NCBI GenBank assembly: GCA_012295275.1 | Contig: CM022673.1 | Span: 19,530,001-19,594,000, forward strand | Length of the DNA stretch: 64,000 bases | Source: Chrysomallon squamiferum | Lineage: Eukaryota; Animalia; Mollusca | Reading direction: 5' to 3' | Shown: positions 35,632 to 45,753 of the stretch, one piece after another | How positions within the stretch are numbered: the stretch's first letter is position 1 | Layout of the letters: each line of letters opens with the position of its first letter | Notes under the pieces: generated by a model | Seen by the model: the letters and a program-made list of their open reading frames with translations, nothing else | What the model was told of the DNA's origin: nothing | Database searches by the model: none | Position numbers and translations under genes: made by a program

Positions 35632-38600
35632 TTATAGTTTGTGTTTTGTTTTGAGAATGTAATTTGTTACTGCAGCGAGGACTAACTCTCTGTCTTTCAC
35701 GTTTGGTGCCAGGATGTGTTGGAGCGTGAACTCGATTTTTAGTTCCTCCAATGTATTGCGTAGTGCTTGTCTTTCCTTGGCAAAGTTTGGACAGTGAAAC
35801 AAGTAGTGTTTCATGGTTTCTGAGAGTCCGCAACTGCAGTTGGGTGATGTGATGATATTATGTTTGTATAGAATTGCGTTTAAGTTGTTTGAGTAACCAA
35901 TTCTGACTTTGGTGAGGTTGTTGTTGTGTAGTTTGTTGGCGAGTGTGATTTTGGGTGTTTTGGCGAGTGGTTTGATGTTTAAGTGCCATTTGTTTTTCGT
36001 GTTGTTCCATTCGTTCTGCCATTGTTTGTCGTAATGTTTGGCAGCGATGGAGACTATTTCGTTTATACCGTAATGTATGTCTGTGCAGATGTCTTCGTCT
36101 TTAATGGTGAGTGACTCTTTGGCGTAATGGTCGGCAAGTTCGTTGCCGAGGATGCCGACGTGTGCTGGGAGCCACTCGATGGTTACTTCTTTATTGTTGT
36201 GTTGTATTTCTTCGTGTAGTTGTTGTATTTTGCTGAGCAGGTCTGGTCTGCTTGAACTTCCGGTTTGTATCGAGATCACGGAACTTAGACTGTCCGAGAA
36301 AATGACTGTGTGTTTGTTGTTGTTGTGTTTAACCCACAGCATGGCTCTGATGATGGCTACCAACTCGGCCGTGTATACCGAAAGGTGATTTCTGATACGG
36401 CCGAATTGTATGCATGTGGGTTTGTTTGTGTGATTTTGAGCTATGAAGGCGAATCCTACTCTCCCGTTGTCTGGGTTTTTGGATCCGTCAGTGTAGATGT
36501 GCGTGTGTTGTTTGTAGTGGTCGTTTGCTGCTGCCAAAAAAATGATTTTTTTGAACGGTTGGATCTCTGTTTTGTCAGTTTCTCTTTTTATCAGGAAAGG
36601 TGTGTTGATTGCCGGTTTTCTTTCTTTGTGGTATGCCGGCAGTGGCATTTCACCTATTCCTGTTTCCCTTTCGATTTCGCTAGCTGTTGTCGGGAAATTC
36701 GATAGTAGTAGACTATGCGATTTGAAGAGTTGTCCTATCCTTTGTTCGTCGGGGACCAGATCCTTGACCGGGTGGTCTGTGTTGAGTGTGTGTATTTTCA
36801 GGTTGTATTTTAGTAGCTGCAGTTTTCTTCTGTATTTTAATGGTTGAATGCTGTATTCCGACAGGAGGCTGTCGGATGGTGTTGAGTTTGGCAGGTGGCC
36901 GATCACCCTGAGGGCACTTGATTGAATTATATCTAGTTTTTTTAAATAAAGTTTGGGAGCATTCGAGTAAGCCGTGGCTCCGTAGTCGAGCTTGGAGAGA
37001 ATACACGCTTTGTGTATCAAAATCAGCGTTGACTCGTTTGCTCCCCAACTGGTTCCAGAAATTAACTTGAGAAGATTGATTGTTTTTTGCAGGAGGCAAT
37101 TATGTTTGTATATGTGGCATCGGAAGTTGAGTTGACTGTCGAATGTCACACCTAGAAATTTGAATGTCTTTGTTTGTGTTATGAAGTTGTTGTCGATGTT
37201 GAGAGTGATCTTACTGTTGTCTGATTTCTTGTTGAAAAGGAGGCACGTCGTTTTCGAGAGAGAAATCTTTATGCCCCATTTCAACGCCCAATCGTTTATG
37301 TTGTTTAAGTCTTTTTGTATTTGTTTCTGTATTGCTGCGGTCGATCTTCCTGCCCGCCAAAAGGCACAGTCGTCTGCAAAGAGTGCTGTGTTTATCGGCT
37401 CCTTTGGCGGATTTCTGTCGTTGTCTTGTCGGTCGAGTGCTGTGACGATGTCGTTGATGTAGATGTTGAAGAGTGTGGGCGAGATCACGGATCCTTGGGG
37501 GATGCCGTTTTCGATTGTCGTTTTCTCTGAGGTGTGACCGTTTACTTTGACTGCTATGGATCTGTTGTTGATAAAGTCTTTGATGAAGTTGAACATGTTG
37601 CCTTTAATGTTGTTATTTATTAATTTAATTAACAGTCCTTCCCTCCATACCATGTCGAATGCTTTTTCTATGTCTAAAAATACTGCTATAACTTTTTTTG
37701 ATTTCCGAAAAGATTGATTAATTGATGTATGCAGGCGTGTGATCTGGTCGTTAGTGCTGTGTTTCTTCCTGAAGCCGCTTTGAAATTTGCTGATTAAATT
37801 GTTGTCGTTTAAATGCTGGTTTAGGCGTGTGTTGATCATTGTTTCGAAAGTTTTACACATATGTGACGTCAGCGTGATCGGCCTGTAGCTGTTGGGTAGT
37901 GAGTGATCTTTGTGTGGTTTGGGCAAGCTGAAACATTCGGCGTGTTTCCAGTTTGTTGGAATCTTGCCGGTGGTCCATATTGTGTTGTAGAGTTCGAGTA
38001 TAACCAGTAGGGTTTCGTCTGGTAGATGTTGTAATATTGTGTAACTTATTTTATCTGGCCCCGTGGCTGTACTTTTCTTGTTTTTGAGTGCATATTTTAG
38101 TTCATTGATGTTAAATAGTTGATTATATGTTCTGTTTTCTGTGTCTGCGGACTGTTCGCCGATTGCTTGGTTGTCCAGTTGTTTCTTTGCGAACTTCAGT
38201 GGGAAGTTCGAATTGCTGCTGGACTTGGCGAAGGTTTGGCTCAGTAGGTTCGCTTTTTGCTTGTCAGTGAATGCGATGTTGCTTTTGCCGAGAGTGTTAA
38301 TTCTGTGGGTTTTTTTTCCTTGAATGTTTTTTACTTTGGCCCACATGTCTTTGACTGATGTTTTGTGGTTGATGTTGTTGCAAAAAAGTTCCCAGTGTTC
38401 TTGTTTCGCTGTGAGTATTAGGTTGGAAACTTCTTTTTTTGATATTTTGTATTTTTCGTGCGTAGAATGATTTCTGTCTTTTTTATATTGTCTTCTGTAT
38501 TTGTTTCTCTCCTTGCATTTGTTTTCTATGCGTTCCGTCCACCAGGGAGTGGATATTTTGCCGGTGCATTTTCTGGTTTTCGGTATGTATTTGATTGCAA

Positions 38601-39525
38601 TGGAGTGTATCTTGTTGGTGAGTGATGCGCAGTAGGCGTCGATGTCGTTGGGGTTCTGCGTGTTGATGTTTCTGCATGCTGTGTAGAAGCCTTCCCAGTC
38701 TGCTTTGTTGAAGTTCCATTTCGGTGTGAAGATGGATCTGTCCGAGAAGGTGTTCTTGCTGTTGTAGTTGGTGAGTATCGGGTGGTGGTCGCTGTTTAGC
38801 TCATCGAGCACTTGCCATTCGGAGAGTGCTGCGATGTCCTTGCTTGTGAAAGTTACATCAATGGCGGTTTGGCCACCATTGATGTCGCTAGTGTATGTAA
38901 ATGTTCCGTCGTTCAAACAGACCAGCTGGTTTTGTTCCAGGAAATCTTCGAGGACGATTCCAGGGCTGTCGTCTGTCAAGCCACCCCATAGGGTGTTGTG
39001 ACAGTTGAAATCGCCCACTATGATGACCTTGTTGTTTGTCGTGATTATTTTATTTAAATCTTGGGTTTGACTGGTGTGTGGTGCGGGAGTGGGTGGGCTG
39101 TATATGTTAATGATGTCGATGTTTTGATTGTTGTTGTGTATTGTGATGCTGAGTATTTCTATGTTGGCGTGAACTTTGGCTTCGTTCAGCTTGGTGTGTG
39201 GAATGTCTTGTTTGACGAGAGTCATGATGCCTCCCCGGGTGCTGTTGTATCTGTTGACGTAATGACTTTGGTACCCGGGGACCGTAAAGGTTTTAGTTGT
39301 TTTGTTGTTTTTGTTGTGATGTCCCAGCCATGTTTCTTGAATGCATATTATGTCCGGTGTGTTTGTAGAGGAGGCCAGGAAGTGTAGTAGTTCGTCTCCG
39401 TGGCCTGTTGAGTGAAGGCCTTTGGCGTTCCATTGAAGGACGGAGAGACCTGTGTTCTTGGCGTGCATGTCGTGAAGAGTTTGTAAATGGTTGTTACTGT
39501 TTGTTTTTGTTTTGTTTTTGTTCAC
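35632..39525 (-). CDS. LINE ORF2: AP endonuclease - reverse transcriptase - RNase H - CCHC zinc knuckle (1297 aa)
   Basis: APE: LQWNAKGL, ICIQETWL, VGDFNCH, IDVTF, SDH. RT: YRPITL, QSGFR, FLDIEKAFD, GIPQGSVISPTLF, FADD. RNase H: IYTDGS, TAELVAI, FSDSLS, WLPAHVGILGNELAD. C-terminal CSCGLSETMKHYLFHC. The ORF opens at a GTG overlapping the ORF1 TGA; the first ATG is at ~39468. Confidence 0.96.
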   Translation of the reverse strand: MNKNKTKTNSNNHLQTLHDMHAKNTGLSVLQWNAKGLHSTGHGDELLHFLASSTNTPDIICIQETWLGHHNKNNKTTKTFTVPGYQSHYVNRYNSTRGGIMTLVKQDIPHTKLNEAKVHANIEILSITIHNNNQNIDIINIYSPPTPAPHTSQTQDLNKIITTNNKVIIVGDFNCHNTLWGGLTDDSPGIVLEDFLEQNQLVCLNDGTFTYTSDINGGQTAIDVTFTSKDIAALSEWQVLDELNSDHHPILTNYNSKNTFSDRSIFTPKWNFNKADWEGFYTACRNINTQNPNDIDAYCASLTNKIHSIAIKYIPKTRKCTGKISTPWWTERIENKCKERNKYRRQYKKDRNHSTHEKYKISKKEVSNLILTAKQEHWELFCNNINHKTSVKDMWAKVKNIQGKKTHRINTLGKSNIAFTDKQKANLLSQTFAKSSSNSNFPLKFAKKQLDNQAIGEQSADTENRTYNQLFNINELKYALKNKKSTATGPDKISYTILQHLPDETLLVILELYNTIWTTGKIPTNWKHAECFSLPKPHKDHSLPNSYRPITLTSHMCKTFETMINTRLNQHLNDNNLISKFQSGFRKKHSTNDQITRLHTSINQSFRKSKKVIAVFLDIEKAFDMVWREGLLIKLINNNIKGNMFNFIKDFINNRSIAVKVNGHTSEKTTIENGIPQGSVISPTLFNIYINDIVTALDRQDNDRNPPKEPINTALFADDCAFWRAGRSTAAIQKQIQKDLNNINDWALKWGIKISLSKTTCLLFNKKSDNSKITLNIDNNFITQTKTFKFLGVTFDSQLNFRCHIYKHNCLLQKTINLLKLISGTSWGANESTLILIHKACILSKLDYGATAYSNAPKLYLKKLDIIQSSALRVIGHLPNSTPSDSLLSEYSIQPLKYRRKLQLLKYNLKIHTLNTDHPVKDLVPDEQRIGQLFKSHSLLLSNFPTTASEIERETGIGEMPLPAYHKERKPAINTPFLIKRETDKTEIQPFKKIIFLAAANDHYKQHTHIYTDGSKNPDNGRVGFAFIAQNHTNKPTCIQFGRIRNHLSVYTAELVAIIRAMLWVKHNNNKHTVIFSDSLSSVISIQTGSSSRPDLLSKIQQLHEEIQHNNKEVTIEWLPAHVGILGNELADHYAKESLTIKDEDICTDIHYGINEIVSIAAKHYDKQWQNEWNNTKNKWHLNIKPLAKTPKITLANKLHNNNLTKVRIGYSNNLNAILYKHNIITSPNCSCGLSETMKHYLFHCPNFAKERQALRNTLEELKIEFTLQHILAPNVKDRELVLAAVTNYILKTKHKL

Positions 39526-40988
39526 TGGTTTGTGCTTGTAGGATTTCTCCTGTCTGTGTGTAATTTTAGTCTGTTGTCCTGCGTGTCGATTTTGAAGCCC
39601 AAGCTGTCTTCAATTATGTGGGCTACTGTCTGCTCCAAATTGGCTTCATCATTCGTGTTTCCTTTGTTGGTCCTGATGTTCTGAAGCTCAATCAGGAGGC
39701 AGACCATGATTTTGTGTATTTCTGCAATCCTGACCTCCTTGTCGAGATTGTCTTTTGGTTTGTCGTTCTGTTGTTTAATTTTTGTTTCGATGATGGTTTT
39801 GGTTTTTTCTTCTATTTTCTGGCATTTCTTGTTGACGTTTTGTATAATTTTGTTGTCTCTTCTGTTGTGTTCGAATTTGTTGTTTGCTTGTATCTTCGCT
39901 GGGCACATCTTGTAGTGCGATTCGTGTGGTCCCTGGCAATTTGCGCATTTTGCCAGAGACCGGCATTGGCCTGAGTTTCTGTGGTGATTTCCACCGCAGA
40001 AACTGCATGTTAAATGTTTCTGGTTGTTTCTGTGGGAGCACTGGTTTGTGATGTGCCCCCATTTCTGACAGTGGCCGCACTTGGGCAACTGCGGCCTCAT
40101 TTCTGCCAGTGTGTACTTATACCCATCGATGGTGATGGTTGTGTTTCTAAGTTTGTTGTTGAATGTCAGTGTGGTCCAGTAGTTTGGTTTTCTCCACATT
40201 TCCACACCGATTAGAGTTGATTTTGTTTGTTCTATCAGCTCTTTGTTGAATATTTCCAAAAAATCTAGTTTGTTAGCTTGTGGGTAATAAAAACCCAAAT
40301 CTTTGGATATATATTTGTATGTTGTTTCTTTTGATTTTGTTGTGTGTTTAGGTTGTTGTTGTTGCGGTTTGGTAGTAGGCGTTTGTTTTGTCTGCGGTGT
40401 TGCCAGTAGTGTTTTTCTGGGTTGTGGTGTGGGTGTTTTCTGTGGTTGTTTGGTATCGGGGATTAGTTTGGCTAAAACCCTGATAACAAATGTTTCGTCC
40501 CAGATTGTGATGTTGGGACCAATTGTTTTAAGTGTTTTTGTATCTACTTCGAAGTAGATTTCTTTTCCGTTATTATTTTTGTTGACTTTTGTCGTTTTGT
40601 CCATGATGTGAATTTGCGCTTCTATTAGATAGCGCAACTGTTTGTCGATGTTTGTGTAGTTTTTTTTGTGAACTGCGATGGTGGTTCGGCTGTGGGTGTG
40701 TTTTGTTTTTTTTCTTTTGATTATTTTCCAGGCGTTTGGCTCGCTTTCGTCTTCGCTGTCCGATTCTCTTAGCCTTGCCAAAATGTTTAGATTTCTATTG
40801 ATAATTTTTTGTTCTTCAGTTTCAGTTTCGGAATGTGTGTGTTCGACTGTGGTATCGATTATTTTCTTTTGTTTCCTGTTTTTTGTTTTTTCGACGGAGC
40901 TAGGGCTCCTGTCCCTGGGTCGTTTTGGAACCCTAGTTTCCATCTCCGAGGTATCGATTCCCGAGCTGTAAATGTTTTTCGTTGCCAT
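39522..40988 (-). CDS. LINE ORF1: gag-like nucleic-acid-binding protein with three zinc knuckles (488 aa)
   Basis: CGHCQKWGHITNQC, CSFCGGNHHRNSGQC and CANCQGPHESHYKMC; basic, low-complexity N-terminus; directly upstream of ORF2. Confidence 0.92.
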   Translation of the reverse strand: MATKNIYSSGIDTSEMETRVPKRPRDRSPSSVEKTKNRKQKKIIDTTVEHTHSETETEEQKIINRNLNILARLRESDSEDESEPNAWKIIKRKKTKHTHSRTTIAVHKKNYTNIDKQLRYLIEAQIHIMDKTTKVNKNNNGKEIYFEVDTKTLKTIGPNITIWDETFVIRVLAKLIPDTKQPQKTPTPQPRKTLLATPQTKQTPTTKPQQQQPKHTTKSKETTYKYISKDLGFYYPQANKLDFLEIFNKELIEQTKSTLIGVEMWRKPNYWTTLTFNNKLRNTTITIDGYKYTLAEMRPQLPKCGHCQKWGHITNQCSHRNNQKHLTCSFCGGNHHRNSGQCRSLAKCANCQGPHESHYKMCPAKIQANNKFEHNRRDNKIIQNVNKKCQKIEEKTKTIIETKIKQQNDKPKDNLDKEVRIAEIHKIMVCLLIELQNIRTNKGNTNDEANLEQTVAHIIEDSLGFKIDTQDNRLKLHTDRRNPTSTNQ

Positions 40989-42020
40989 GTTTGTGTATGT
41001 ATGGGATGTTGTTGTTTTGTGTGTGTTTTTTTTTTTAAAAGTATATCGGTTTCAATAATATATTTAAATTGCTTATTATTATTATTATTATTTTTTTTTT
41101 TTAAATATATAGACAATTCTATATTAATTCAAAAAACACTAAAACACTAAAGCTGAACGCAACTCACTTTCAGATCGAGATAAAGATAAAAGATATATCG
41201 GTTATTTGAGATACCGGAAAGTAAAAGAATAGCAAACAGCAGAAAAGAAAAAGAAAAGTAATAAAAGTAACAATAATACAAAAGCCTACAAATAATATAA
41301 ATAAGAATTTAAATCTAAATAAATAAAGAAAAAGGTACAGTATCTTTTTCGTTTCTGAATTCCGCTCAGTCAGCACAAAGCACAATCCACAATCCGTTCG
41401 TGAGTGATCTTCACAGCTTATCTTCAAAGCTTACACCATGTCGGGACCGACCGTGACGACGATCAAGCGTGTGTTGTGAGAAGAATCTGTACACACACAC
41501 ACACACAAACCTACATATATACAAACAATACAAAACTACCTTTTTTAATATTTAAATTTTCTTTGTTAATTTAGTTGACTCCTGAGTCACTGGGCTAACT
41601 AAACCATAGCCATATCTTAATTATAACATCAACAAGTTAAATATATGATCAGTTGAGAATTTTTTGATTAGGGTTTATCATGAAGGCTGGCAGGTCACAT
41701 GATCAATCCTCCATAATGGACTAACTACTGGTTTAAGAAATGTTGTTGTGTGTTCTTCTACAATCATGTGCAAGTGTAAATACAAGAAAAAAATGAGTAG
41801 TTTCTCATGCATGGCTTCAACATGTTTTCTCTTCAGTGCATATAGTATTTTAATAGATATTTAAATGTTTTTTTTTTAGTTTTTAAATTAAAACAGCTTG
41901 CACTGTTACTGCTTACTCAACCCATTTTGATGTAACTATTTTATCAATATTCCATAGGATTTATAACATTATTGCTTACCAGTACATAAAACTCAGTTTT
42001 GAACCTTAGTTGATTATTAA

Positions 42021-43436
42021 ATCACAGAAAAAAGTCACAATTTAGTATAAGGAAATAATCACAGGAAAAAATATCACAGTTTTTTTTTATAACAAAATGT
42101 ATGAGTTTGTAGAATATTGAATGTGGCATCATAGTATGCATGGGGTAATTGTTAAGTATACTGATTACATCAATTAGGCAGGATTAAAGAAAGAGTCTTC
42201 ATTTTGTGCAGGGGTGATGCTTGGGTCTAGCTTACTGATTAGGATGTATTTAAACTAAGGGCTTCCTATTGCAAATGATTTATAAAATATCCCAGGTTAA
42301 AATGTGTTTCACTATATATTCTCCATTAACTAAAGAACTTTTGTTGACCTGTTAGCTTTTGACAAATCAGACAGATGTCATCAGCTTGCTCTAGTATCAG
42401 AAGAATGTTTAATATGAAAGTTATTTATAGCAATAAGGGTGGTAACAAAATCTCTTATGAGGGGTTGTGTATACCAAACATGCAACTTGCAAAACAAAGT
42501 TGTGGTGGAAATGCGTCCAAATATCTAGTGGTAACTGTTGAGGTTCTATAATGACAGACTTATAGAGAGAGCACCCAGAACCAGTTCAACCCCACAACCA
42601 TGCTGCAGATAAAACCCACATCTGTCTCATCAAAATATGCAACTCAATTAAATATCAAGCAGCCAGGTCAGATCTTTGCCTATGGTGTGAGTCAATGTGA
42701 CAATGATATACATGCATTCTACCTTCTGCTAATACCAGCAAGTGAACTCTTTGCAACCAACGGCCTAAACCACCAACATTAAAATCAAAGAACATTACAA
42801 AACACTCCCATGTTTAATCTATCTTTCATTGCCAATATATTTCTTAATAAAAAATTGTGACTTTTCCCTGGGGGTTATTCCGTGTCAAATCACCCCCCAG
42901 AAAAAGAAATTTAAACCCGACCGTCTCAGATTTTTATAAAACTTGGTATACTTGTTGACTGCGATCACACAGCACCAAATCTGAAATATTAGCCCAATTG
43001 GATCAGTGGTGTGGGAGATATGGCCCACCGAATTTTGAGATTTTTGGCAAAAATGGGCGTGACCACCAACCTTAGAACCCTCATATCTCAGGAACTACTG
43101 GGCCAATCTTCATAAAATTGGTATTGTTGAAAAGGCAATATGACAAGGATTCCAAATCTGCCATTTTTGTTCAGTTTGGAAAATATTGGAGTACACTGAC
43201 CTATTGACCTTTGCTATGACCTAAAAACTGAACGTGTGGATCACGTGACCTTGAGATGACCTTTATTGAAATTTAATCTCCCACATGTTAACTAAAACAT
43301 ATAAAAGTTTCCTGGGTGTAATATTTTTTGTTTAGCCACAATATAGATTTAAAAAATGCACATAAATGATTTGGGGTGATTTGACACAGAATGACCCCTG
43401 GATTTCTTTTTTCTGCGACTTTTTTTTCCTATATTC
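42021..43436 (+). mobile_element. MULE-type element with FLYWCH remnant
   Basis: TIRs built from GAAAAAAGTCACA repeats (left ~42021-42080; right TGTGACTTTT.. 42855-43436, split by an insertion). ~42415-42780 gives degenerate SNKGGNKISYEG..LWWKCVQ..C*GSIMTD..HNHAAD..QPGQIF, a FLYWCH-like MULE N-terminus. Confidence 0.6.
42872..43397 (-). mobile_element. Sola2-like MITE with 4-bp TSD, nested in the MULE TIR
   Basis: GGGTTATTCCGTGTCAAATCACCC ... GGGTGATTTGACACAGAATGACCC; TSD CTGG at 42868-42871 and 43398-43401. It is the reverse complement of the right halves of the 7.4-7.9 kb and 24.7-25.5 kb copies. Confidence 0.85.
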
Positions 43437-45275
43437 TTTTTTTTATATTTGTATGCACTTTCAAATGAGAACAGAAAATAATAAATCTCAATTATTTGCA
43501 TAATAAGTTGTTTGAAGATACATAACAAAGGCAATGTCTAGAAATGGTGAATTCATTTTAGTGGAACTATTAGAAAACTGAGACACAAAAATAGTACCTT
43601 TCATATAGAAAATGACCCTAACAAAGCCTTGTTTCTTTTCTACATTTCTCTGTTACTGTTATTATTATGGTTGTCAATTTGATATTAAACAAAGACAGAC
43701 TGAAATATTTTAAATAAAATTTATAATATAATGTGGCAAGTGCTAGTAAAATAAATAGTATTGTATATTTTTTCTCTATTACATGTTACAAAGTATTTTG
43801 TTACTGTTTAGCACTTTCTGAAGGTTGAGCAATTTCATCTCAGATATAAATAATTGTAATTTTAGATCAATATTTTGCAGTCTAGCTATTTCATATATTT
43901 ATATTATTATTACTGTTATTATTATTTAACAAGTTCTGAGATCAGATTATAATTACTGCAGTAATGTAAAATACTACTGACACTCATTTTCATGGACTAA
44001 TAGCTGGAAAATCGGTCCAGAAAATCAAATATAAATACTGAACCTAAAGTTTAACTAAACATTAAATTTAAGTACACATAACACCCATATAATACCAGTA
44101 ATAATAATAATTGCAAGAATAATATTCAGGCATAAAAACAATGTAAACAAATATCATATAAGCAAAGAAAATTGTACCATAGAAAAATGATGGCTGAAGT
44201 AGTTAAACTGAAAAATGTTTTCTTACCTTGATGGTAAGTGGGTTGAGAGATGGTTGCTGTGATCATATAGTGGGTCTCAAAATAACTTAATAGTACTTAG
44301 AGGTAATGGTGATAGATTCACACTTTGTCACTTTCAAGATTTGATCCAGATTTCCCAAAATCTGAAAAACCAGTTCACGAAACTGAGGGCCAACAGTAAT
44401 AATTTGTCAGTGCAGTATTTATCATCATTAGAAGATGATGTTTATAATCAATCAGTTTTATTAATGGGTCAGTTTACTAAGAATTCCTGGTGTTGTTTGT
44501 TTTGGGTTTTTTCCATCAAACTGTGCCATTAACTGTCAGATTTTTTTTTTTGATTTTTTTTTTGTTAATTGTTATTGGAAATTGTGTTATACAGCACACA
44601 AAAAAAACAGCTCAATAACAGGTCAACATAACTGAGCTGACATTATATAAACACACCCTTTTTCATGTGAATATGTGCATTCACCAAGTAGTTTGTACAA
44701 AAAAAATGTTAAAGCTTTTTCTGCCCGTCATGTGGGTTAACATGTTACTAGTAAATTCAGCTTTATTTAATAGTAAAGAACAGTATACAAAGTGGATTAA
44801 AGTGCAGAAGTTGATGAACAAGTAAGTGCAGTGTATCAGAAAATTAGTAAAAGCTAATATATGTCAAGAATCAAACATTTTATTGCTTTGTTAAGATGAT
44901 CACCCTTGACAAAATACAGGCATATATATGTAAATAAAAGTATTACAACAGCCACAACTACTATAACCACTATTAAAATGGTCATTCAATATATTTTCTG
45001 CATTTTTTCGTTTGTTTAATTAATAACAATACTTATTGTACAAAAAGAATCGATATATATATAATTATTTCCCTAGAGAGAGAAGAAAAAAAAAAACCCA
45101 GATCATCTGTATGGCCTTTTTTCTCATATAAAACATTAATGATAGGTTGATGTTAAGTAAACAAAAATAAACCCAACAATATGAGAAGTTACTCTAGTCT
45201 ACAAAAAAACTTAGGAATATAAAAGTGGTGTCTAAATCATTCACAATGATTCAGCATTGTTAGCATGTGGCCACA

Positions 45276-45391
45276 CCTTAGGCTAATGTATAGCTGTATT
45301 AACGAACAAAGAACATCGGTAATGAACGCATTCCTTAGGCTAGTGTATAGCACTATTAATTAACAAAGAATGTCGGTAATAAACGCATTCC
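45276..45391. repeat. Tandem duplication, 2 x 57 bp
   Basis: CCTTAGGCTA(A/G)TGTATAGC..TATTAA..AACAAAGAA..TCGGTAAT.AACGCATT repeated at 45276 and 45333. Confidence 0.85.
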
Positions 45392-45753
45392 ATAAAGACA
45401 CGATCATTTGTGGTTCAACTCATGGTTGGCATCTACATTGAAAACAATATCCAGTTAAGTGGTAATAATATCAATATGATAATATTCCTACATCCCACAA
45501 AAATATCAAAACTAGTAATTGTGTAAGTTGCATATTGAATATGAAGTCAATTAATAAATTTACAAAACAATTAAAAAAATTTTAAAAAATTAAAACAAGG
45601 AAAAAAAGGTTTACAGCAATTTTCACGAGGTGTCTGGGAACCAAACCGTATATGTGCTTCTTATTTTTAAATTGATTTTTAATGAGAGGAGGGAAAAAAG
45701 ATAAACAAATCCAGAATCATCAAACATCCGATGTTGGGAACTCTGTATATTAT

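Larger units (their letters stand above)
34782..41489 (-). mobile_element. Full-length I-group (I/Nimb-like) non-LTR retrotransposon
   Basis: ~500-nt 5' UTR, ORF1, ORF2, ~850-nt 3' UTR ending in a stem-loop and (CCATTT)3 tail. Flanked on both sides by (CA)n (34773-34781 and 41491-41507), consistent with a TSD in a microsatellite. Sharp compositional change (CpG-rich, A/C-rich sense strand) versus the host. Confidence 0.93.
34435..44529 (-). pseudogene. Decayed multi-exon gene, tentatively MAJIN-like, interrupted by a LINE and nested DNA transposons
   Basis: Exon-like blocks with splice sites: 44529-44227 (ATG...AAG|GTAAGA; contains PQFRELVFQILGNLDQI), ~41760-41540 (AAG|GTAGTT; contains LRYG..VTQE) and 34741-34435 (CAG|...|GTAATG; contains MTLYP and HFVCTLYV). 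All contain multiple stops. The motifs recall MAJIN KIRYG, ITQELEDSVRVVLGNLDNL, IVFPY and FVFTLYV. Confidence 0.35.

Noticed and set aside
36143-41150. Numerous plus-strand and alternative-frame ORFs of 60-131 aa within the LINE
   Set aside because: Shadow ORFs caused by the A/C-biased sense strand; no motifs, and fully overlapped by ORF1/ORF2.
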